From contig CAWHBU010000002.1 in NCBI GenBank assembly GCA_963827685.1, positions 1,088,001-1,152,000 of the forward strand: 64,000 nucleotides of DNA. Reading direction: 5' to 3'. Positions 1 through 9,251 of this stretch are shown in pieces. The notes under the pieces are model-generated. The model saw only the letters and a program-made list of their open reading frames with translations, had not been told where the DNA came from and made no database searches. The translations under genes were made by a program, and so were the position numbers. Each line of letters opens with the position of its first letter. Position 1 is the first letter of the stretch. This DNA comes from an uncultured delta proteobacterium. GTDB taxonomy: Bacteria > Desulfobacterota > BSN033 > UBA1163.

Positions 1-332
1 TCGTTCTTTCTTCATGCCACCCTCGTCATGTTTCAGATATCAAAACTAACATGACGAAAGAAGAAGTGGTCTCTACGTGGGGGAAAACAGACCATATCAC
101 TTATAAGACTGTTAACGGGAAGACTGCTGAAACTTGGCAATATCATTTTTCAAACACCAATTCTATTTGTTCGGTCACTTTTATTCAAGATAGAGTGGTT
201 AGTACCCAATGCTATCGGCAACCCCATCCTGAACCATATTATTACAGATACCCATACTACCCATACTATTATCCATATCCATACCGATATTACTACCCTT
301 ACTACTATCCCTATGGCCCTTATTGGAGGTAA
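1..332 (+). CDS. Lipoprotein with SmpA/OmlA(BamE)-like domain and Tyr/Pro-rich tail (5'-partial)
   Basis: The frame is open to the window edge: VLSSC-HPRHVSDIKTNMTKEEVVSTWGK. It has lipobox LSS-C, a BamE-like 'MTKEEV...G' motif and a YPYYYP-repeat C-terminus. Confidence 0.65.
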   Translation, partial: VLSSCHPRHVSDIKTNMTKEEVVSTWGKTDHITYKTVNGKTAETWQYHFSNTNSICSVTFIQDRVVSTQCYRQPHPEPYYYRYPYYPYYYPYPYRYYYPYYYPYGPYWR

Positions 333-578
333 CAAATGGCTTATACGTCCATAAATGTTTCAGACCGCAATCTTCCACATTAAGATCTGAATTGGATCGC
401 GGACAAGTAGGTGAAAGTTTCAAATTCGCCTTGTGACCGGCAAGATTTTCAAAAAATGCGGACTTCTTCCTGTAGTCAACGCCTGACAGATTTCGACCCT
501 AATGCAAAACTTCATTTGGTAATCGTTATCTGCAATACTGGCCTAAAATTGTCCTTCATATCTTGTGGTCATTGTTGC

Positions 579-607
579 TTGACATACAACGCCGTTTTTC
601 GTATTAT
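579..607 (+). promoter_or_regulatory. sigma70-type promoter upstream of ferredoxin-AOR
   Basis: TTGACA (579-584), 17-bp spacer, TATTAT (602-607). Followed by TTATCAAA direct repeats at 604, 630, 640 and 652. Confidence 0.55.
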
Positions 608-881
608 CAAACCACCCAAAAGAGAGTTCTTATCAAATCTTATCAAAAAAATTATCAAATCTCGAAAAAGAAAGCAAAGGAGTAGACTGGTTTTTTACAA
701 CAGGGAAGGATACAGTAAAATTAATGGAATTCAATATCAGCCATCTTCCCATTCGAGCCCTTCACATCGAAATGAAGATCTGGGAGGAGGAAAAATTTTA
801 TCAAAAGGTGATGGAAATGTTTTTGGCAAAAAAGAAAGATACGGATGAAATTAAATAGAATCAGTTCAAAAAGAGAAAAAT

Positions 882-1115
882 ATGGAAGGTAGAACTCCCT
901 TAAAAACTGACGGCTCCAGGTGTGCCCAATGTCTGAACTGCCAGCTCGTTTGCTCTATTACCCATGCAGGAATCTTTAACCCGGGGATGGCCAGGTTGAG
1001 AATTTCCGCAAGGGAGCCCCGCCAGATCGCATTCGAACCAGAATGCACTCAGTGTGGTCTATGCGCCCGCCATTGCCTTTACGGTGCGATTATCGCAGCG
1101 AAGGAGGAAGGATGA
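882..1115 (+). CDS. 2x[4Fe-4S] ferredoxin, AOR-associated
   Basis: CAQCLNCQLVC and CTQCGLCARHC motifs; ATGA overlap with the AOR start. Confidence 0.9.
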   Translation: MEGRTPLKTDGSRCAQCLNCQLVCSITHAGIFNPGMARLRISAREPRQIAFEPECTQCGLCARHCLYGAIIAAKEEG

Positions 1116-3010
1116 ACGGAGGATATGCAGGCCAGATTCTGCTGATCGACCTCTTTTCTGGCTCCTCAGAGAAACGACCCTTGGACCCAAGAAATTGTCA
1201 TCAATTTATCGGCGGCTTCGGTCTGAACAATCAGCTCTTTGCCGATTTGGCATTCGCAGGAAAAGATCCTTTCTCACCAGACAATCCGGTCGTCATCGGT
1301 GCCGGCCCCCTCATCGGCACGATGGCACCGGGAGCTTCTCGAATCATGGCCACAACGAAGTATCCTATGACGGGTGCAGTGGCTTCAGCTTCCGGATCCA
1401 TGACCTTCGGCGCGCAGATGAAGTGGGCCGGATACGACCACATCGTCGTCCGGGGACAATCGGACCGGCCGATTTATCTCTACATCCAGGACGAAACCCT
1501 GCAGGTTTGTGATGCCTCCGCGCTCTGGGGCAAGGATATTCTTCAAACAACCGAGGCTCTATGGGATAAGTATGGACCCTGCGGCATCATCGCCATCGGC
1601 CCAGCCGGTGAGAACCTTGTGAAATTTTCACTGGCCTTGGTGGATGGCACTGCAACGATCGGCCGCGGGGGTCTGGCTGCGGTCATGGGCTCCAAGCGAC
1701 TCAAGGCCATCGCGGTCAAAGGAACGAAGGGAATCCGAGTGGCCGACCCGAAAGGGTTCTTGAAAATAGTGGATGGGCTTTACAATAGGGCTAACAAATT
1801 CCCCCAGAGGGAAAATGTGGTCAAGTTTGGCATGATGTCCGGATGGCTGCCTGCGTTGGAGAGGGAGTTCCCTCACGCGCCAGAAAAGATTCAAATCCTT
1901 ACCCATCTCTATGGACCATCGGTTTATCAAAAATTCAAAAAGGCTCGAAGAGCCTGCCCTTCCTGTTTCATCGCAGATAAAGATGTCTTAGAGCTAAAAG
2001 AGAGTTGTGGCGAAACCTTCACCACTTACCCGACGAGCTTTGCCCTTATCCTACCCCTCTCCCATTATTTGTCTCAAATTTCCCCGGAGCATCTTCTTGA
2101 GATTTTCGACCAACTCAACCGTCAAGGAATAGACCTCTTCACCTTCGTGAAAATGGCCGATCTTCTGGTAAAGGTCTATGAAAAAGGAGGGATCGGGGAG
2201 AAACAAACCCAGGGGCTAGTTCCCACGAGGACATACGAATTTTTTCTTCAGCTTATCGATTTGATTTCCAGACGAGAGGGAATGGGTGATCTCATGGCCG
2301 AAGGGTGGAACAACATCCTGGAGGTCTTTGGGGAAACAGCCCGGAATGAAGTCGTCATTATCAAGGGACTGGAAACGATCTATGACCCCAGGGTCGCCGG
2401 GTTAGGCACGATGGAGTTTGAACAAGTCGTCTGCCCACGGGGCCCTACTTCAGCAACCTCTGGTTCACCCACGTATTTGCCCAATGCTCCGCTGGAAATG
2501 TTCGCCAGGCACGCCGAGCGCATGGGAGCTTCTAAAGAAGCGGTGGCCCGCATCTTACCCACGGCAGTGAACGTAAACATGGGGCGCCTTTCCCGGTACT
2601 CGGAAGACTGGTATGCTGTTCTCAGTTCCCTCGGTATTTGTAACCGTGCTCAGAACAATCGCTTCTACCATATTGGTCTTTGCAGCGAATTCTACGAGAA
2701 GGCAACGGGAATGGAGATGTCCCGCGAAGCGATGATGGAAGCTGCCGACCGTTCGTGGACCCTCCAACGGCTGCTCAACGCCCGCGAAGGGTTCTCAAAA
2801 AGAGATGATCTCATTCCCGACCAATGGTTCCAGCCACTGGAGTCGGAAGGAAAAAAGTTGCGAATGATGGACTACTTCGGGGGCAGACCATTGAGCCGGG
2901 AGGATCTATATCAGACCCTCGAGGACTATTACCAAGAAAGAGGTTGGGATCCAATCACAGGATATCCTTCCAAAGAGAAGCTCAAATCCTTGTGCCTGCC
3001 TACCACCTGA
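1112..3010 (+). CDS. aor: Aldehyde:ferredoxin oxidoreductase family (W/Mo-pterin) protein
   Basis: Starts MNGGYAGQIL after RBS AAGGAGG. Motifs GYDHIVVRG, IGPAGEN, GRGGLAAVMGSKRLKAI, SLGIC, YYQERGWD. Confidence 0.92.
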   Translation: MNGGYAGQILLIDLFSGSSEKRPLDPRNCHQFIGGFGLNNQLFADLAFAGKDPFSPDNPVVIGAGPLIGTMAPGASRIMATTKYPMTGAVASASGSMTFGAQMKWAGYDHIVVRGQSDRPIYLYIQDETLQVCDASALWGKDILQTTEALWDKYGPCGIIAIGPAGENLVKFSLALVDGTATIGRGGLAAVMGSKRLKAIAVKGTKGIRVADPKGFLKIVDGLYNRANKFPQRENVVKFGMMSGWLPALEREFPHAPEKIQILTHLYGPSVYQKFKKARRACPSCFIADKDVLELKESCGETFTTYPTSFALILPLSHYLSQISPEHLLEIFDQLNRQGIDLFTFVKMADLLVKVYEKGGIGEKQTQGLVPTRTYEFFLQLIDLISRREGMGDLMAEGWNNILEVFGETARNEVVIIKGLETIYDPRVAGLGTMEFEQVVCPRGPTSATSGSPTYLPNAPLEMFARHAERMGASKEAVARILPTAVNVNMGRLSRYSEDWYAVLSSLGICNRAQNNRFYHIGLCSEFYEKATGMEMSREAMMEAADRSWTLQRLLNAREGFSKRDDLIPDQWFQPLESEGKKLRMMDYFGGRPLSREDLYQTLEDYYQERGWDPITGYPSKEKLKSLCLPTT

Positions 3011-3037
3011 AAACAGCCCTACAGAGAAGAGGAATCC

Positions 3038-3288
3038 ATGGAAAAGTTAGGCCGTTACATCATTCGGACCTCTTTTTTCCAGGAGAGGATGACCTATCTT
3101 CCTGAGGAGTCCAAGGTGAGTTATGAATCCAAGGCCTGTCCTCGTCGGCGATCCAGGAACGGCCAAAGGGAGAAGGTCTTTGACGCTTTAGAATGGTTGG
3201 CTGCCATGGACATCCATAGCCGTACAAGGTAAGAACTGGTGGTGAGGCTGCAATCGTTCACCGTGGCGTAGGCTACTTGATTTCAAGT
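3038..3288 (+). pseudogene. IS91-family (Y2) transposase internal fragment
   Basis: MEKLGRYIIRTSFFQERMTY...KVFDALEWLAAM resembles the C-terminal half of IS91-type transposases; truncated on both sides. Confidence 0.7.
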
Positions 3289-3318
3289 TGACCTTCCCCT
3301 GAAAAAGTGGACATATAG

Positions 3319-4176
3319 TTAAGTTTCATTAAGGAGCTTTTCATACTGCTCTGGGCTCCTGTACCCTAATGCCGAATGACTCCTCTGACGATTATAAAAC
3401 ACTTCCACGTACTCAAAAATACTAAGCCTCGCCTCCAGCCTTGAACGGTACCGCTCACCATGGACCAACTCCGTCTTGAGCGTGCCAAAGAAAGACTCCA
3501 CATAGGCATTATCATAACAATTGCCACTTCTGCTCATACTAGGAGTCATGCCGTATTCTCTTAAAAGCTCCTGATAGGCATAGCTTGCATACTGCCTGCC
3601 TCGATCAGAATGGTGGATCAACCCTTCAGAGGGGCTTTGCCTGCCCACCGCGTCCCTGAGCGCAGCAGAAGCTAGCTCCTGAGAGAGCTTATCGCTCATG
3701 GACAGCCCAATGATCTTTCTGCTTTTCACATTCATCACTGCTGCCACATAGAGCCATCCCTCAGAAGTGGGCACAAACGTAATATCAGATGCCCATACCC
3801 CCTCTGTCTGCCTCTGGTCAATCAGTAAGTTTGCAGCCAAGGCATAATGATGCCGTGAATCGGTAGTCCGCCTGAATCTCTTTTTCTTCACTTCTGCCCA
3901 TATGGAGTGCTCTTTCATGATCCTGGCTACCCGGTTCTTCCCACATCTAAGACCCTGCTTATTGAGCTCCGCTGCGATCCGCGGACTCCCATAGAGCCTT
4001 CTGCTTTGAGTGTGGATCTCCCGTATGTGCCCCAGCAACTCCTCATCGTCTTTCTGACGTGTGCTCGGTTGACGCGTCTTCCACGCATAATAACCACTTC
4101 TGGATACCTTCAACACTTCACTCATACTCCTTATCTTGTAGGTCTCTCTGTGCTCTTCTATCAACCGATACTTCAT
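3319..4176 (-). CDS. IS3 OrfB (rve DDE transposase)
   Basis: WASDIT, HHSDRGRQY, SRSGNCYDNAYVESFF, YNRQRSHSALGY motifs. Confidence 0.95.
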   Translation of the reverse strand: MKYRLIEEHRETYKIRSMSEVLKVSRSGYYAWKTRQPSTRQKDDEELLGHIREIHTQSRRLYGSPRIAAELNKQGLRCGKNRVARIMKEHSIWAEVKKKRFRRTTDSRHHYALAANLLIDQRQTEGVWASDITFVPTSEGWLYVAAVMNVKSRKIIGLSMSDKLSQELASAALRDAVGRQSPSEGLIHHSDRGRQYASYAYQELLREYGMTPSMSRSGNCYDNAYVESFFGTLKTELVHGERYRSRLEARLSIFEYVEVFYNRQRSHSALGYRSPEQYEKLLNET

Positions 4177-4475
4177 CTGTTTCGTTTGGAGAATACGGCC
4201 AAGGCTTTTTTTAAAATGTCCCTCTCTTCCTTCACCTTTTCTAATTCCTTCCGGAGCCCCTTTATTTCCGCTTCCTCTGGCGTTACACGGCCCTTCCCTA
4301 CGAAGGCTTTATCCCCTTTAGCTAAGAACCTCCTCCTCCATAGATGAAGAAGATTGGGATGGATATCAAGCTCTCGGGCCACCTTGCCTACCGGCATCCC
4401 TTTCTCTGTGACCAACTGCACTGCATCTCGTTTGAACTCACGGCTGAAATGACGATTCTTTTCCCCCATACGCAC
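4173..4475 (-). CDS. IS3 OrfA (HTH), fused to OrfB by -1 frameshift
   Basis: FSREFKRDAV...VARELDI HTH; A7G slippery site in ILKKA. Confidence 0.93.
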   Translation of the reverse strand: MRMGEKNRHFSREFKRDAVQLVTEKGMPVGKVARELDIHPNLLHLWRRRFLAKGDKAFVGKGRVTPEEAEIKGLRKELEKVKEERDILKKALAVFSKRNR

Positions 4476-4812
4476 CTCCTGTCCAATGATACAAATTCTC
4501 AGGTGTGTCCATCAACTCGGGGGAAGGTCAAGTGGTAATCTACAATCGTCCTTAATGAAGAGATTTGAAGACTTGTAGATGGAACAAACATCCCACTTCT
4601 TTGACCCTTTCTGAAAGTTTCGGTTGACCAATTTTCATAAAATAGATATATTCCAATCAGGAATCAACAGGGTGGTGGTGCAGATATTTCTTCGTTTCCA
4701 GGAAAAAAAGCCTGGGGTCACAAAGAAACTTTCGTGAAATATAGGCAAAACCAAGGATAAAGATTCGACCCCGGAGCGCCACACTCAAGACATAAAACCG
4801 ACCGGATACTCA

Positions 4813-5115
4813 CTACCATTCAAAATTATAGTAACCCAGAGCTACATCTAAGAGCGCCCGCTGCGGCCCCCCCAGCCACAGTTGGAGTATCTTGACATCC
4901 CGCAGGTATTTCTCCACGTGATAATCAAAGGAATATCCGTATGAACCCATCAATTCCATGGTTTTGTGCGCAACCCAGATAGCTACGTTACAAACATATG
5001 CTTTTGCTCCAGAGCATTTCGAGAGCATAAATGGCTCTCCTGGACGGCCATAGAGCGCCACATTCTTGGACATCTTGAACACGTGCATGGCGTAAGCCCT
5101 TGCCGACTCAATCCT
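4813..5115 (-). pseudogene. Acyl-CoA dehydrogenase C-terminal fragment
   Basis: AKAYVCNVA...MELMGSYGYSFDYHVEKYLRDVKILQLWLGG is the ACAD C-terminal signature; the N-terminal domains are absent. Confidence 0.8.
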
Positions 5116-5184
5116 GTCAACCGGACGGTCAATAAACGTGGCTCTCGGTGAGCAGCAACGTTTAGGCTGAAGGAAGGAGGACTT

Positions 5185-5421
5185 ATGAAACAATGTTACC
5201 TATGCGGGGCAAGCTCAGATATACAGGAAGAATTCGACGGTTTCTTCGTCAAATGCACAGGCTCTTGTGGTCCATACATCATCACTCGGATAGCGCTGGG
5301 CGACCTCACCAAAATTTTTGGAAGGAAACAAAGCGTCATCGACGGGGTCAAGGTACTGCGGGAACAAGACAAGGTGCGTCGGATCAGAATTAGTCACGAT
5401 TCAGAATCATTCGTTCCCTGA
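5185..5421 (+). CDS. Small hypothetical protein, zinc-ribbon-like (CxxC...CxxxC)
   Basis: Strong RBS AAGGAGG; CYLCG and CTGSCG motifs. Confidence 0.6.
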   Translation: MKQCYLCGASSDIQEEFDGFFVKCTGSCGPYIITRIALGDLTKIFGRKQSVIDGVKVLREQDKVRRIRISHDSESFVP

Positions 5422-5639
5422 TCGTGGTTCTCGAAGACGCAGTTGAATAAGGTCGTTACCCTCTCTTTCAAACCGTAATCTTCAATTCCTGAATATGGTT
5501 CTTACTATTGACTTGTAGGTGGAGTCCGCAACCGGTTTTCCGGGGATTCCTTCCTGCAGAGAGATTGAAATCCTGATGGTCGAGTTAAAAAACGAATTCG
5601 ATAAAAATCTTTTAGGAGGGACTACCTTCCCAATTCTCA

Positions 5640-5668
5640 TTGACACCATGTTCCTAATCTAATACACT
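5640..5668 (+). promoter_or_regulatory. sigma70-type promoter of amrS copy 1
   Basis: TTGACA-17 bp-TACACT. Confidence 0.55.
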
Positions 5669-5718
5669 TCAATTAGTAGAAAAGTCTCTCGAGGCCTGAT
5701 ATGAAGGAGAATATGGCT

Positions 5719-6927
5719 ATGAGCGAACTTTGCACGAATCATTCCACCTTATTCAGTAAAGGAAGTGGGATATGGGGTGAGCACATTCCAGATCCGAAAC
5801 TGACAAAACGGGAGTTCTTGAAGTTTTGCGGGGCGAGTTTCTGTGTGCTCTCGGCCTCTCAACTCTTCGGTTTTCCGGAAACCTTGCGGGCGCAAACTGC
5901 TCAAAAGGGTCTCATTAAGACAAAGCTCTCTCCCTATTTCACTTCCCTGAGTGGAGGAGAAATCCAGTGTGAACTGTGCCCTAAGCGGTGTCATGTTTCC
6001 AAGGGGAAAAGAGGTTTTTGCAGAGTGCGAGAGAACCGGGATGGAAAATATTACAGTCTGGTCTACGGAAACCCCTGCGCAGTTCATTTGGACCCCATTG
6101 AGAAGAAGCCTTTTTTCCATGTACTTCCTGCCACTACTTCATTCTCCCTTGCAACGGCGGGGTGCAATTTCCAGTGCAAGTATTGCCAGAATTGGGAGAT
6201 TTCCCAAGCCTCCCCAGAAGAAGTGTATAGTTATGAGGTGCCCCCGGAAATTGTGGTGCAAAAGGCTAAGGAGATGGGTTGCCATTCTGTCGCTTACACT
6301 TATGTGGAACCTATGATCTTTTATGAGTACATGTGGGACATTGGACAACTTCTAAAGAAAGAGGGCCTTCTGAGCGTCTGCCATTCTAATGGCTTCATCA
6401 ATCCCGATCCACTTAGAAACCTGTGCAAGGTAATAGATGCAGCCAATATTGATCTGAAGGGGTTCACGGAGGCGTTTTATCGTGAAATGTGTAGTGGCGG
6501 GTTGGCTCCGGTGCTTGAAACCTTGAAGACCCTTAAGAAGGAGAAGATCCACCTGGAGATTACAAACCTCATCATCCCCACACAGAATGATGATATGTCG
6601 GTAGTGAGGGAAATGTGCCTTTGGGTGAAGAAAGAGTTGGGTGCAGATACTCCCGTACATTTCTCAAGGTTCTTTCCCCTGTACAAACTCAAAACCCTTC
6701 CCCCAACACCGGTTTCGACACTGGAGAAGGCCCGGACAGTGGCTTTATCTTCTGGCCTAGAATATGTGTATATTGGAAACGTACCAGGCCACGAGGGTGA
6801 AAACACTTTCTGCCCGGCATGCAAAAAAATGATCATCCAGCGGACAGGATTTATGGTTGGAGAGGTACATCTGAAAGGAGGGAAGTGCGGGTATTGCGGA
6901 AGACCGATACCGGGTATTTGGACGTGA
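5719..6927 (+). CDS. amrS: AmmeMemoRadiSam system radical SAM enzyme, copy 1, with Tat-like leader
   Basis: CELCPKRC, DPIEKKP, GCNFQCKYCQNWEISQ (CxxxCxxC), AYTYVEP, NIDLKGF, HFSRFFP, YIGNV, C-terminal Zn ribbon. Start 5719 chosen from RBS spacing and alignment to copy 2 (track start 5701). Confidence 0.93.
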   Translation: MSELCTNHSTLFSKGSGIWGEHIPDPKLTKREFLKFCGASFCVLSASQLFGFPETLRAQTAQKGLIKTKLSPYFTSLSGGEIQCELCPKRCHVSKGKRGFCRVRENRDGKYYSLVYGNPCAVHLDPIEKKPFFHVLPATTSFSLATAGCNFQCKYCQNWEISQASPEEVYSYEVPPEIVVQKAKEMGCHSVAYTYVEPMIFYEYMWDIGQLLKKEGLLSVCHSNGFINPDPLRNLCKVIDAANIDLKGFTEAFYREMCSGGLAPVLETLKTLKKEKIHLEITNLIIPTQNDDMSVVREMCLWVKKELGADTPVHFSRFFPLYKLKTLPPTPVSTLEKARTVALSSGLEYVYIGNVPGHEGENTFCPACKKMIIQRTGFMVGEVHLKGGKCGYCGRPIPGIWT

Positions 6928-7262
6928 GTACGAAAGGATCGAAAATAAATATCGAGAAAGGTTCTCAGGGAAAAATGGATAAGTTTTTACAATTTTATAT
7001 AGATTGATGTTCTTTAATTAACATCCTAAAAAACGGGTTTAAGTAAGGAATTCCATATGCAAATTTTCTGGAAGCAGGTCATCTATTGATGTTTTCATGA
7101 TCTCTAAAAGATCATTAGTAATGAAAGTAATGAAGGTCATTTTTTTTCCAATTATGGTTTAATGGCTGCCCCAAATATTCACTTCCAACAGTAAATAGGG
7201 CTTGGTATCAAAAAGAGGGAGTGCCATTTCCCTCATCCACTCTGACCCCTGGAGGTATAACG

Positions 7263-8756
7263 ATGGTCACCTGGAAACATATGCTCCTTCTTCTCCTGCT
7301 GCTCCTCTTTGTCTCTGTCTGCAATTCGCAGAATCGCTCCGAGGACCGTCAGCCCGCCGTCGCGGGCCAGTTCTATCCGGGCAGACCGGACGAGCTGAAA
7401 CGGATGCTCGACGAGCTGTTCTCCAAAGCCGTCGCACGCAAGGCCCTGCCGGATGTCGTTGCGATCATTGTCCCGCACGCAGGGTATGTCTACTCGGGGG
7501 AAGTTGCGGCTTCAGGGTTCAACCAGATCGATCCCGATAAGGTGTACGACAACGTCTTCGTCCTCGGGCCGAGCCACCATGTAGGGTTCGAAGGAGCTTC
7601 GGTCTATTGCTCTGGAAATTTCATTACTCCGCTCGGTACGGTGGAGGTGAATCGTGAATTGGGAGAGGAACTGATAAAAAAGAACACAATGTTCACGCGG
7701 CGGACCGATGCTCACGCCTACGAACACAGCGTCGAAGTGGAGATACCGTTTCTCCAGCATCAGCTGAAGAAGCACTTCCGGATCGTGCCGATCGTTCTTG
7801 GTGCCAACAGGCCGGAAACCTGTCGGAAGATCGGCGAGGTACTTCGGCCCTTCCTGAATGAGAAGAATCTCTTCGTGATCAGCACGGATTTCTCGCACTA
7901 TCCTAGGTACGACAACGCGGTCACCGTCGACAAGGCGACCGCCGACGCGATTGTTTCCAATTCGCCGGACAACCTGATAAAAACCGTGCGAAGGTATGAG
8001 GAGTCCGGCATGCCCAACCTCGCAACCTGCCTCTGCGGTGTGTCAGGGGTGCTGACGCTCCTGTCCATGACCTCACCGAGTGCGGATGTCATTTACCATC
8101 CAATCCAGTACAAGAATTCGGGCGATGTCCCGGTCGGCGACAAGGAACACGTGGTCGGTTACTATGCCATCGTAGTCACGAAGCAGGCGAAGCCGGACAA
8201 GGCCGCGTTTAAACTCGACTCAAAGGAAAAAACAGCGTTGCTGGCGATCGCGCGGCGCACGGTCGAAGGTTACATCCGCACACGCTCGGTTCCGGAGGCT
8301 GATCCTGCCATGCTGAGTGACGCACTCAAGACGCCGTGCGGGGCCTTTGTCACTCTCAATAAGCGCGGCATGCTGCGAGGGTGCATCGGCAGGTTCGATG
8401 CTAGTGAGCCGCTATACAAGGTCGTGCAGGAGATGGCGGTTGCGTCGGCGACGCAGGATTACCGGTTCAGGTCTGTAGAGGAAGGCGAGGTAAAGGATTT
8501 GAAGATCGAGATTTCGGTCCTGACGCCGATGAGAAAGATTAGCTCGATCGATGAATTCCAACTTGGCAAACATGGCATCTACATCCGGAAGGGATTCCGT
8601 TCGGGGACATTCCTCCCGCAGGTCGCACAGGAGACCGGATGGACGAAGGAAGAGTTCCTTGGCCATTGTGCGCAGGACAAAGCGGGAATAGGGTGGGAGG
8701 GATGGAAGGACGCAGACCTGTACGTGTACGAAGCACTTGTCTTCGGTGAAAAGTAA
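7263..8756 (+). CDS. amrB: AmmeMemoRadiSam protein B (Memo)-protein A (AMMECR1) fusion with signal peptide
   Basis: Memo motifs AVAGQFYP, PHAGYVYSG, GPSHH, EHSVEV, STDFSHY; AMMECR1 motifs LRGCIG, EISVLT, TFLPQVA. RBS GGAGG before ATG 7263; hydrophobic leader MVTWKHMLLLLLLLLFVSVCNS. Confidence 0.93.
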   Translation: MVTWKHMLLLLLLLLFVSVCNSQNRSEDRQPAVAGQFYPGRPDELKRMLDELFSKAVARKALPDVVAIIVPHAGYVYSGEVAASGFNQIDPDKVYDNVFVLGPSHHVGFEGASVYCSGNFITPLGTVEVNRELGEELIKKNTMFTRRTDAHAYEHSVEVEIPFLQHQLKKHFRIVPIVLGANRPETCRKIGEVLRPFLNEKNLFVISTDFSHYPRYDNAVTVDKATADAIVSNSPDNLIKTVRRYEESGMPNLATCLCGVSGVLTLLSMTSPSADVIYHPIQYKNSGDVPVGDKEHVVGYYAIVVTKQAKPDKAAFKLDSKEKTALLAIARRTVEGYIRTRSVPEADPAMLSDALKTPCGAFVTLNKRGMLRGCIGRFDASEPLYKVVQEMAVASATQDYRFRSVEEGEVKDLKIEISVLTPMRKISSIDEFQLGKHGIYIRKGFRSGTFLPQVAQETGWTKEEFLGHCAQDKAGIGWEGWKDADLYVYEALVFGEK

Positions 8757-9212
8757 CGCCGAGTACCGTGGGAATGACACTGAATTGCCTTTTTTATACA
8801 TATTACAAACAGTAATCGTTGACCTCCAGGTTTGTATCAGGGCGAAGACTTGGTAGGTGAAAGCTTTAACACGGCTTTTTTGATCGGCGGGATCTTGGGA
8901 AAATGAAGACTCCTTCCTGTAGTCAATGAAACGCCCCTCTTCCCTTCCAATGCAGATTTCAACCAGATACCTTCAGTTTGGGCAAAGTGCAGGTATTGGC
9001 AAGATATCCGCAGTTTAGAGTTTGAAATTCTCCATCGCCAGCTTATTTGTTTCTTCCTCCTGAAGTTGTGTATTTTAAATTTCGGCCCGGAATACTATAT
9101 CCCTAATATAAGTCAACAAATTCTCGCATTAAACTCCTTCAAGGTGGGTCTCATAAATTCACCTGAACAAACTTGCGAACAAAAAGATAATTTTTACAAT
9201 TAAAAATTTTTC

Positions 9213-9249
9213 TTGACAAATTAGTTTACTTCTGGTAAACCAAGTTTAC
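9213..9249 (+). promoter_or_regulatory. Promoter with operator palindrome for the XRE regulator operon
   Basis: TTGACA (9213-9218), 17 bp, TGn-TAAACC (9236-9241); palindrome GTTTAC-N5-GTAAAC (9224-9240) plus a third half-site at 9244-9249. Confidence 0.6.
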
Positions 9250-9251
9250 TA

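Larger units (their letters stand above)
3289..4530 (-). mobile_element. IS3-family insertion sequence, copy 1 (1242 bp)
   Basis: Terminal IRs TGACCTTCCCC...GGGGAAGGTCA; 3-bp target duplication AGT (3286-3288 and 4531-4533). Confidence 0.97.

Noticed and set aside
225-330. Short tandem TAC/TAT/CCA repeats as a possible CRISPR or VNTR
   Set aside because: They are codons of the Tyr/Pro tail; there is no repeat-spacer structure.
411-848. 145-aa ORF
   Set aside because: Overlaps the promoter and repeat DNA, has no RBS or recognisable motif; likely spurious.
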